Source of the DNA: Candidatus Thorarchaeota archaeon SMTZ1-45
Lineage (GTDB): Archaea > Asgardarchaeota > Thorarchaeia > Thorarchaeales > Thorarchaeaceae
Assembly (NCBI GenBank): GCA_001563335.1
Contig: LRSL01000018.1
Location: forward strand, 1 to 38,307
Length of the DNA stretch: 38,307 nt
Direction: 5' to 3'
Shown: positions 1 to 8,355 of the stretch, piece by piece
Numbering within the stretch: the stretch's first letter is position 1
Layout: every line of letters starts with the position of its first letter
Translations under genes and position numbers: made by a program
Notes under the pieces: model-generated
Seen by the model: the letters and a program-made list of their open reading frames with translations, nothing else
Told to the model about the DNA's origin: nothing
Database searches by the model: none

Positions 1-1
1 T

Positions 2-1045
2 GGCATCGCGTCGGGTTTGGAAGCAAGTATGCTAGAAGACACCAGATACGTTTTGGACGTTCTGGAAAAGAGTAGCGTAGATTTGGTTGTCGAGGATAAT
101 ATATTCGACCTTCCGAAAGGTATCGATAGAGCTCCAATTAGAAAAATGGACGCAGATGTTCTAATTATAGTTGGTTCAGATAGATTGCTTCTTAAGAAAC
201 TTCTAGATCTTAGACAAACAGATATTCCGATACTACCGCTTTCATCGAAAGGTCAGCCAGATTTCCTCTTCGAAATATCAGCCACTAATTTCGATGGTGT
301 TATTGGAGACCTTCTGAAGAATAATTGGAAAAAAGAGGAACATAGGCGTTTGATTGCTGAAATATCAGGAAAAGAAACTCCACCATTATTAAACGACATT
401 GGTATTTTTGCCAGAAGAAGTGCCACCCTCATTCGATATTCTTTACTCATTAATGATGAACATTTTTGGAAAGATGGTAGTGATGGATTGATAATTGCAA
501 CCCCTACAGGTAGTACAGCTTATTCTCTTAGTGTGGGAGGACCAATTATTCTAACCTCTTCACTAGTTTTTTCTATAATTCCTGTGAACAGCATAAATCC
601 ATCAAGGAGACCTCTTGTACTCTCAGATGAGATGAAGATTGAAATTAGGGATTTGACCAGCTCAGTGGCCATTGAGGCTGTTCTTGATGGACAGATAAGG
701 AGAAAGGTGGACAATCATCCGGTAATAATTAGAAAATCAGACTCAAGTGCCATGTTCGTGAAGTTCTCTGAAGAACGAGTCGAAGAACTTCGAGGGAAGC
801 TTCTAAGTAAAACGGAAACAGCAGAAGATGTGGCTCATGAGATGCCCCCTAGTGCGAAACTTGTGTTTAAAGTGCTTGAGTATCGAGGACAACTTAGTCA
901 AAAGGAGATTATCGAAGAAACCATGCTTCCTCCCCGTACTGTTAGATATGCTCTTTCACTTCTAATGAGTGAAGGACTAGTTAAGAAAAAACTCTCACTA
1001 AGAGATAGTAGACAGGGTTTCTATCATGTTACCAACAAAGCCTAA
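2..1045 (+). CDS. NAD(+)/NADH kinase-family protein fused to a C-terminal winged helix-turn-helix (probably 5'-partial)
   Basis: LLND and DGLIIATPTGSTAYSLSVGGPI are NAD-kinase motifs; the GGDG position reads GSDR. C-terminal PPSAKLVFKVLEYRGQLSQKEIIEETMLPPRTVRYALSLL..EGLV is a wHTH. The frame is open to the window edge. Confidence 0.85.
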   Translation, partial: GIASGLEASMLEDTRYVLDVLEKSSVDLVVEDNIFDLPKGIDRAPIRKMDADVLIIVGSDRLLLKKLLDLRQTDIPILPLSSKGQPDFLFEISATNFDGVIGDLLKNNWKKEEHRRLIAEISGKETPPLLNDIGIFARRSATLIRYSLLINDEHFWKDGSDGLIIATPTGSTAYSLSVGGPIILTSSLVFSIIPVNSINPSRRPLVLSDEMKIEIRDLTSSVAIEAVLDGQIRRKVDNHPVIIRKSDSSAMFVKFSEERVEELRGKLLSKTETAEDVAHEMPPSAKLVFKVLEYRGQLSQKEIIEETMLPPRTVRYALSLLMSEGLVKKKLSLRDSRQGFYHVTNKA

Positions 1046-1081
1046 GAAGGGCACATACATCAAAAAGCATGCTGAAATCAT

Positions 1082-3229
1082 GTGATTACAATGACTGCAA
1101 TGAAAGGCTTTCCAAAAACAAAAAATAAAGTAATCAACGAAATCTTCAATCAAGCAAAGGAAGACCTCAACCTAGTAAAGAAAGGAGAAAAGATTCCAGA
1201 TAAGAATGGCTTTTTTGATGAATCAAGAGAGTTCATTATCTTTGAGATTGCTAAAGCAAACGATATTCCAACTGAGGGTCTTGTAAAAGCTGAAAAAACA
1301 AATACTGTGTTGATGCAGATCTTCAGAGATATCCATGATAATCCAGCCCTATCTGATATTATTCAGTCAATGACATTATGCTTGTATGGCTTTCTTCTTG
1401 GAAGCTACAACGAGGAGGATTTCAGATATCTCTACAGATACTCACTTCGTTATGTTCGTAATCAGAGCCAAATTGAGAGTTGGTTACGTAAAGCACTGAT
1501 ATTTATAGCAGCAACCCGAAATGACTCCGCCAAAGATGTTATGTTTCATGTTAGATGGTGGCTTCGATTTCTTGGGGCGCCGGTCTTCAATCCAGGGCTA
1601 TTTAGTGATGTTAGTGAGCAGTTAGGTGTTGATATCAAATCGCTTTTAGATTCAGACGAACTTAGGCTCGTTGATGCAATCACACGTCATCCAGAGTATG
1701 TTAGAGAAGCTGTTGAGGGAAAACCATTCAGAGAGGTAATGGATGCATGCAGAGAGTGGACTCCAGATGTTTTGCTATCAGAGCTACTTGCTGTAGCACA
1801 AGAGCATGTTTATACTGAAAGTAAGGACTTAGTAACACAGGATATGAGTGTCAATAAGTCAATAGAGGTAATGAAGAAGCACTTTGAAAAAACTAAGTTC
1901 CAGAGTCATAAGAATGCAGTTTTACCAGTACGACTACAACAGCTAGAACACCCACCTCCTGGAGAAGCAATTGATCCAGTGATATTTGAACTGATTCCAC
2001 AGAAACTCAGAATGTGTCTACTACCCTCTGTGGCATATTCAAGCAAAACAAAGAGGATTGAAATTATATTTCTAGGAGGACCAGAAATTGGAAGAAGTGG
2101 AATTCTAATTAAAACAGACACCGGAGGCGTACTTCTTGATTATGGACTCTCAGTGTCAAATCATATGATCCCAGAATGGGTTCCAGAGCTTGAAATGATT
2201 GATACAATCCTTGTTAGCCATGGTCATCTAGATCATCTAGGAGGTTTGCCTGTTCTCTTTGATACATTCAATGGCAAATGGTGCTCTGTTGGACCAACAG
2301 GAGGTATTGCAAAAGCACTATTAATTGATGCAGTCAAAGTAGGGACTCCATTTCCACCTAGAAGGTTCAATAAATTGGACATGATTTCTCGATTCACTGA
2401 AGATAACATAAAGAAAGTCACTGATAATCATGTTCGCTTAGAATTTGGTAAAAGCAATGAAGTAGGACCTGGAATTGTTGTAACGCCTATTGAAGCGTGT
2501 CATATCCCTGGTAGTGCGATATATTCGATTGACATTGAAGGTGTTAAGATTCTATACACAGGCGACTTCAACATGGATGAGTCAGTTCTCTTCGCCGGAG
2601 CAAACATTCCCACTGATTCGGATTACGTGATATTCGATGGCACATACTGGGGAAGAGAGGATTTTGATCGAACGAGAGTGAATGACTCGATTAGTGATAC
2701 AGCTGCAAATTATGGACCATTGATAATTCCAAGTTTTGCTGTTGGGCGTTCACAGGAGATGCTCATGATTCTTGAAAATCTAGGGATTACAAAGAATCGC
2801 AATGTTATGGTAGCAGGAATGGCAGAACGCATAACAAATCTTGTTGGAGTAAAGGGACACTGGAGTGGTATGAAGAAGAATAAAGTGCATCTTGATAAAG
2901 AGGATGTACTCGTTGCTGGAGGAGGTATGATGGGAGGCGGCCTCGCAAGACATCATTTCAACGAACAAAGAGAGAATCACAAAGCTGCTGTAATCTTATG
3001 CGGATATTTAGCCCCACGAACTCCTGGGTGGAACTTACTTCATGGCTACGAACCTCATGAATGCAAAATGGTGTATGCTAGACTTAGTGCACACTCTTCG
3101 TCAACCAATCTTCAATCCTTCATCAACACATGCACTGGAAAGAAAATAATGGTTCATACCCCAACGCAAATTGCACCTAAGGGTATAATGATACCGGAGT
3201 ATAGAGAGAGAATCATGATTAAACCATGA
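1082..3229 (+). CDS. MBL-fold beta-CASP (CPSF73/RNase J-like) ribonuclease with a ~320-aa N-terminal helical extension
   Basis: FLGGPEIGRS, LLDYG, SHGHLDH, CHIPGS, YTGD, IPSFAVGRSQE and LSAHS motifs. Confidence 0.85.
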   Translation: MITMTAMKGFPKTKNKVINEIFNQAKEDLNLVKKGEKIPDKNGFFDESREFIIFEIAKANDIPTEGLVKAEKTNTVLMQIFRDIHDNPALSDIIQSMTLCLYGFLLGSYNEEDFRYLYRYSLRYVRNQSQIESWLRKALIFIAATRNDSAKDVMFHVRWWLRFLGAPVFNPGLFSDVSEQLGVDIKSLLDSDELRLVDAITRHPEYVREAVEGKPFREVMDACREWTPDVLLSELLAVAQEHVYTESKDLVTQDMSVNKSIEVMKKHFEKTKFQSHKNAVLPVRLQQLEHPPPGEAIDPVIFELIPQKLRMCLLPSVAYSSKTKRIEIIFLGGPEIGRSGILIKTDTGGVLLDYGLSVSNHMIPEWVPELEMIDTILVSHGHLDHLGGLPVLFDTFNGKWCSVGPTGGIAKALLIDAVKVGTPFPPRRFNKLDMISRFTEDNIKKVTDNHVRLEFGKSNEVGPGIVVTPIEACHIPGSAIYSIDIEGVKILYTGDFNMDESVLFAGANIPTDSDYVIFDGTYWGREDFDRTRVNDSISDTAANYGPLIIPSFAVGRSQEMLMILENLGITKNRNVMVAGMAERITNLVGVKGHWSGMKKNKVHLDKEDVLVAGGGMMGGGLARHHFNEQRENHKAAVILCGYLAPRTPGWNLLHGYEPHECKMVYARLSAHSSSTNLQSFINTCTGKKIMVHTPTQIAPKGIMIPEYRERIMIKP

Positions 3230-3231
3230 AA

Positions 3232-5193
3232 CTAAGCCACTACTTCTAGTACTCCATCGAGGACAAGCTTAGTAGCTACAAACTTCATAGCTGGTAGACT
3301 CACATTGAGTTTACGAACCACATCTTGTAATGGAAGTGTACCATCACAGAGATCGACAAACTTGACAACAACATTTCCATATGCTTTCTGCGTATCTTCA
3401 TCAACCTGACCTAGCTTCTTTAGATGACTTGTGGGACTTAATTCAACCTTGAAGTCAATCCAACCATATTGGTTCATTATCTGAAGGCAACCAAGCACCG
3501 TTTCACGAGGTAGGTCTAAACTTCGAACAAGACCACCAATGGTATCATTGCTTTCAATCGCACTCTTAACTGCCACTATCGCTTGTCCTACATCCCGGTT
3601 TTTGAAAGGTAGAGGTTTCCCTGCTTCACGTGAGCGAACGATATAATCAAAGCTTATAGGTTTCACGGGCATACGTACAAGCACATTAAAGATGGTTGGT
3701 TCGAATACATCTGCATTTCCATTCCATGAGTCCCAAATATCTTGGTATTTTTGTTCAATCTCAAACAAGAGAGAAGTTAGTGTGCTTCTCTGTTCATCTT
3801 CTTCACTATCATTTGTAACAATGAGAGCAAGCATAAAATGCTTGGACTTCTCAATCATTACTAGATTCCCTTCATGTTCAATTGTTTCAAGGGCGTCTGT
3901 GGATGACCCCTCAGGAGATTCAGCATCAATTCCACCAAATGAATCAAGTGCGGAAATTAGGGACGCGACTGCATTCTTATCGATTTCATCATCGGCATAT
4001 TTAAGGTGGAAAGCAACATCAGGCATTCCTTCTTTTTGTATAATCAGTAGAAGGTGAAGAATTTTCGAGCGGTCATGAACTGCTTTAGCAACAACCTGTT
4101 TGGACACTGCTGGTTCGATTTCTGTTTCAGCAGCCTCTGCGATTTTAGCTGCCTGAGTGCTTGTCGGGATTGGGGTTTCACTAATAGCTTCGATACTACT
4201 ATCAGTATATGGGACAGTTTCAAATCCACTACTTGCAAGTCCTGGCGTCGATGCGGCAGCTGTTGGTTGTGCTCCTGGTTGATCAATCTCTTCAGTTCCT
4301 CTTCTAACAGTAATCATCTCACTGATTGGTAAGTCAGGAAGAGTGACTCCCACAGTCTTTGCAGCAACTTCAAGCATAAGTCGAATGAACTCTTCACGTC
4401 TTGATTTATCAGTAGCAACCATCGCAAAAGTTGGAGCACCCAATAGGCGCTTAATCTTATCTGCTTTCATCGATTCTGGGAGGTCTTGCTTATTGGCAAT
4501 AATGAATAATGGAACTGCTGGTGCTTCCTTACGGATATTTCGTAAGAGCGATTTGGTCTGCATTACATTCCTGAAACTTGAATCAGTAATTAGAAAGATG
4601 ACATCTGTGCCTGAAAAGTAAAAGCTCCATAGATCCTGGAATACAGCCTGTCCCGCGAAGTCCCACACGGTCACCAAGAAAGTACCGAACTGGATGGTTT
4701 CTGAAGAGTCTACTGCGACATTGATAGTGGGCACATATCCTCCAGGTGCAGGTTCTTTTCCGAATAGTAACCTAAGTAGTGTGCTTTTTCCCACACCACC
4801 GCTTCCAACAAAACTGACCTTGAATCGAGTAAAGATCAGTTCACCAAGAATGTCATCCAGATTGTCGCGGATGTAGCCAATGCTATTTCCTCGGAGTGCA
4901 GTTGAAACCCTAGCAGCGCCCTCACGAACACGATGTTGGATTACACGGTCTTCGTCACGACCATCTGTGACTAAAAGAAGAACCATGTCTCCATCTACAG
5001 ATCCATGAAAGATCTTGTGCTTCTCAGCGACGAAGACAGGTGTGTCTTGAGCGAGACCCTCTGTTGTGTAAAGGTCCATATAACCAGCAAGGAATTCTCT
5101 GATATCATCATCAAGGAAGTCAATCTTCCAAAATCTAGTTCTAACCACAACGTTACCATCAGCCTTTTCAATCAATAACACGTTGTGTATCAC
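3232..5193 (-). CDS. Multidomain Arf-like small GTPase: longin-like / G domain / low-complexity linker / longin-like / tandem winged helix
   Basis: G1 GSGGVGKS, G2 PTI, G3 WDFAGQ, Arf-like DLWSFYF, G4 NKQD. The N-terminus MIHNVLLIEKADG resembles adaptin sigma/longin starts. A second longin-like segment (LISALDSF..LETIEHEGNLVMIEKSKHFMLALIV) and two wHTH-like repeats follow. Confidence 0.85.
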   Translation of the reverse strand: MIHNVLLIEKADGNVVVRTRFWKIDFLDDDIREFLAGYMDLYTTEGLAQDTPVFVAEKHKIFHGSVDGDMVLLLVTDGRDEDRVIQHRVREGAARVSTALRGNSIGYIRDNLDDILGELIFTRFKVSFVGSGGVGKSTLLRLLFGKEPAPGGYVPTINVAVDSSETIQFGTFLVTVWDFAGQAVFQDLWSFYFSGTDVIFLITDSSFRNVMQTKSLLRNIRKEAPAVPLFIIANKQDLPESMKADKIKRLLGAPTFAMVATDKSRREEFIRLMLEVAAKTVGVTLPDLPISEMITVRRGTEEIDQPGAQPTAAASTPGLASSGFETVPYTDSSIEAISETPIPTSTQAAKIAEAAETEIEPAVSKQVVAKAVHDRSKILHLLLIIQKEGMPDVAFHLKYADDEIDKNAVASLISALDSFGGIDAESPEGSSTDALETIEHEGNLVMIEKSKHFMLALIVTNDSEEDEQRSTLTSLLFEIEQKYQDIWDSWNGNADVFEPTIFNVLVRMPVKPISFDYIVRSREAGKPLPFKNRDVGQAIVAVKSAIESNDTIGGLVRSLDLPRETVLGCLQIMNQYGWIDFKVELSPTSHLKKLGQVDEDTQKAYGNVVVKFVDLCDGTLPLQDVVRKLNVSLPAMKFVATKLVLDGVLEVVA

Positions 5194-5298
5194 TGGTTAC
5201 CACACTCTGTCTATTATTTTGGTAACTCGTTTTGAGTTATCTACTTTTCTTGCATTTTTCATCTTTTCTTCCATCTATGAACCTTATGTGTGCGTGCA

Positions 5299-7017
5299 TT
5301 ATCCTTCTTTTATAGTGATTATCTCTCTCCTGTGTAGTTCTGCAAAGACTGTTATTAAGACACTAGGTTGAATCCGAAGTTTTTTCGCTATATTCTCGAT
5401 TGTGCGTTTACCATCAACAAGTTTGATAATCTCATCAGCGCGAGAATATAGAGAGAGGACCTCAGTATTCGGTTTGCTGAGTAGAACTGGAACATCATCA
5501 GGTCCAATCTTCAATACGAATTGGATGGCACCCATTCTATGAAGAAGGTGAATTGCTCCTAAGACCATCTCAGGTCCTTTGCTTGGTACTAGTAATGACA
5601 TTGTTAAGGAACCATCTAGTCTATTCCATACAGCCTCGAGAAAGTCCCTGAGAGGGGCGTTCTCAAAGCGTTCCCACAGAAGAGCTCTATTTTGTTTTGG
5701 AGCCATGCGTGTAGGAATCACATTTGGGGGAAGTGTTGCTAGTAGCTTTAGAGTGAACGGGGGTGAACGGAATAGATCTGTTGGATCATCTACCACTTCA
5801 GGAATCTCATCCATGAATAGATCAGGAAGGAATGAGAATTTCTCTCTTAGAACTTCTACATCAACACCAGTTCCAGTGATTAAAGTATAAACATAATGAC
5901 CTCGTTCAATTGTGATATAATTCAAATCACCTGTTCGAAACACAGAAGTTTCAGTAGGTTTTGCTGGGTCAAACTTGAAAGCTGAGATTGCAGCTACTAT
6001 ATTCGGTGCCATTTCTAGTAGTTTCGAGCGTTCATCGTAGTAATAGCTATATGCAGCCTCTCCAGTTCGACGATCAACAACAAAGAAGGCTTGATGTCCA
6101 ACCTCTGTTTCTTCTGGTGCTTCAGGAGCAGAAATACCATCAATGGACTCATCGATCTCCCATCGTTGGTAAGCTAACTCAGGGTGCATATCTATGAAAC
6201 CTGCAATAGCCATTGAAGATAGAAGCAAATGAGTTGGTTTAGACGACACATCTGATAACTCCAATCCATAGAGATCTTCATACTCACGAGCGAGCTCAAG
6301 CTGGCTGTCAGAACCAGGCACGACAATTAGTTGTGAACTGGATCTCTCTCGTATCCTCATAACAATCTGTTCCACTCTATCAGCTGTGGGAAGTGGAGGA
6401 GAGATGACTAGGACGAATAGTGTTGTGCTTGTGAGGTCGTCCGACCAGTCTGCCTTCACAAGATTGTCTGAAGAGATGCGCATAACTTCGACAGTAAAAG
6501 GACCTATTAGTATAGGAGTCGAATAAGAACGTCCCTTTTGCCCTCTAGCCTTTAGTATGGAATCAACCGCTGTTCCTGTCTTATCTTCAAAAGAGGGGTC
6601 AACACTCGTGATGAAACACAATCGCATACGTTCCCTAAGCAGTGCATCTGCTATTGTTTCAAATTCCTCTTTGAAGTCTCGAACAGAAGTTTGTTGGATT
6701 TCCTTACTTGATGCTTCTTGAAGTCGTTTCATTCTTTCAATATCTGGTTCGGTTATTAAATCAGAATCTGATAACCCTACAATAATGGTGACCTCACTCA
6801 CCTTGCAAATGCAGGTGTTTTTTCCCTCAATTTCTGTTGTGACAAATTCTCGAGCAGAGTCTTCCTGCATTAGCTTGTAGTAGGATTCAACCACGAGTTG
6901 AAGGAACTCATCAGTTGCTTTCTCTTTACTAAAGGATATAGATGCTAATGCTTTGGACCCTAGAAGGTCAAAAAGGACAGCATTAACAATCATAACTGAA
7001 TCATCCTCTTCAATCAA
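5299..7017 (-). CDS. Paralogue of the adjacent GTPase: longin-like / degenerate (pseudo) G domain / longin-like / tandem winged helix
   Basis: Collinear with 3232..5193 (PILIGPFTVEVMRIS..ADWSDDLTSTTLFVLVIS vs TIQFGTFLVTVWDFA..DLWSFYFSGTDVIFLIT) but has no G1/G3/G4 motifs. C-terminal DVPVLL..IIKLVDGKRTIENIAKKL..FAELHRREII. Confidence 0.7.
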   Translation of the reverse strand: MIEEDDSVMIVNAVLFDLLGSKALASISFSKEKATDEFLQLVVESYYKLMQEDSAREFVTTEIEGKNTCICKVSEVTIIVGLSDSDLITEPDIERMKRLQEASSKEIQQTSVRDFKEEFETIADALLRERMRLCFITSVDPSFEDKTGTAVDSILKARGQKGRSYSTPILIGPFTVEVMRISSDNLVKADWSDDLTSTTLFVLVISPPLPTADRVEQIVMRIRERSSSQLIVVPGSDSQLELAREYEDLYGLELSDVSSKPTHLLLSSMAIAGFIDMHPELAYQRWEIDESIDGISAPEAPEETEVGHQAFFVVDRRTGEAAYSYYYDERSKLLEMAPNIVAAISAFKFDPAKPTETSVFRTGDLNYITIERGHYVYTLITGTGVDVEVLREKFSFLPDLFMDEIPEVVDDPTDLFRSPPFTLKLLATLPPNVIPTRMAPKQNRALLWERFENAPLRDFLEAVWNRLDGSLTMSLLVPSKGPEMVLGAIHLLHRMGAIQFVLKIGPDDVPVLLSKPNTEVLSLYSRADEIIKLVDGKRTIENIAKKLRIQPSVLITVFAELHRREIITIKEG

Positions 7018-7046
7018 ACAATGGGACTTGCGCTCGCCAACGCATC

Positions 7047-7058
7047 ATATAACCCTTC
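7047..7058 (-). promoter_or_regulatory. Putative archaeal BRE/TATA promoter (GAAGGG-TTATAT) for the longin/GTPase gene pair
   Basis: TTATAT with a purine-rich upstream element about 30 nt before the start at 7017. Confidence 0.35.
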
Positions 7059-7063
7059 ACTAA

Positions 7064-8302
7064 TCAACCTTGTTCGGTTCTCCTTTTGAGAAAATCCTCG
7101 AATGATATTAATTCACGCATTAACCTTTGATAGTCAGATGCAATCCAATTAGTATCATATTCAATAATGTCTTCTCCACCTCCTGAAATTATTGGTGGTA
7201 AATCTGAAATCGCTTCGAACACATTTACAGGGGGTGGTAAATCTTTAGAACCAAGTCTAGCATCAATTCGATTTTTTCCTCGGATAATAGGAGAAAAGTA
7301 CCTTCTAAGTAATTGTTTGCGTTTTTCGTTTCTCACACCAATAACAAACACACGTCTTCGTCTCTGTGGAACGCCAAATTCCTCAGAATGGAGGTTGAGT
7401 AAACTTACTGCATATTCCTCTTTTTCCAGAGTTCTAACAATTGAATTCAAAACTTGACCTTGCTTAGTCCATTTCAATCCTGGGACATTCTCAATCACAA
7501 TTTGATCAGGCTGAAGAACATTAACAAATTCAAGCATACGAAAGACAAGACTGTTTCGAGGGTCGATTGTGTTTCTATTCCCAGCAGTAGAGAAGCCTTG
7601 GCAGGGAGGGCCACCAATTAAAGTGGTCAAATGCTTTCCCGAAAGAGTATGTTCAATCTCCTCAAGAAGGTGATTTGATTGATTAATGATATGAAGGTCA
7701 GCTTGTATCACTTTCGTGTCTGGATGATTGTAGGTATAGGTCTTGCACATATTGGTATTGAAATCAGACGCCACAATTACCTTGTTTCCAGCTTGAACAA
7801 AACCATCCGAGAGACCACCGGCCCCTGAGAATAAATCAACAACCAAACCTGCTTTTAGGACTGAAGCTACCGCTCTTGCTAATAAAGGAGGAACTGCATT
7901 TCCTATCTGCTTATATCTCGAGGTATAGCTCCCAAGGAACCTATATCGATCTGAAAAAGATTGGAGTCGGGCAGCTTCACGCATTGAGATTAATCGATTC
8001 TGTTCTGGATGAATGAAAGTACCATTCCCTGGACGATTGAAGTATGTATTTATTGTATAACTTGGCAGGTCATGCTTCAGTCGACCATAATATGTAGTTC
8101 TACCCCCAGAATTGTGTATTTGAGTAAGGCGGGCAGATTTCTGAATAACTCTCAGAGGAATATCTTGCCAATTGCCTCCTTGAGGAACTGATTGTATTAT
8201 CTCCACATCAAGCTCACTTAATGATGAACAGACATGATTATACAATAGCTTCAAGGATTCACAGGTGGCCTGATCAACTATGGGTAGTGAAATAGATGTC
8301 AC
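7064..8302 (-). CDS. Circularly permuted DNA (cytosine-5)-methyltransferase, Alw26I/Eco31I/Esp3I-type
   Basis: TRD (GGRTTYYGRL..SYTINTYFNRPGNG) and motifs IX-X (REAARLQSF, QIGNAVPP) come before motif I (DLFSGAGG), IV (GGPPCQGFS), VI (ENV) and VIII (PQRRRR). Confidence 0.9.
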   Translation of the reverse strand: MTSISLPIVDQATCESLKLLYNHVCSSLSELDVEIIQSVPQGGNWQDIPLRVIQKSARLTQIHNSGGRTTYYGRLKHDLPSYTINTYFNRPGNGTFIHPEQNRLISMREAARLQSFSDRYRFLGSYTSRYKQIGNAVPPLLARAVASVLKAGLVVDLFSGAGGLSDGFVQAGNKVIVASDFNTNMCKTYTYNHPDTKVIQADLHIINQSNHLLEEIEHTLSGKHLTTLIGGPPCQGFSTAGNRNTIDPRNSLVFRMLEFVNVLQPDQIVIENVPGLKWTKQGQVLNSIVRTLEKEEYAVSLLNLHSEEFGVPQRRRRVFVIGVRNEKRKQLLRRYFSPIIRGKNRIDARLGSKDLPPPVNVFEAISDLPPIISGGGEDIIEYDTNWIASDYQRLMRELISFEDFLKRRTEQG

Positions 8303-8355
8303 GGGAACCAGTCACTTTACCACGATGTAAAATCTTTGTAAGACAATCAACAACT

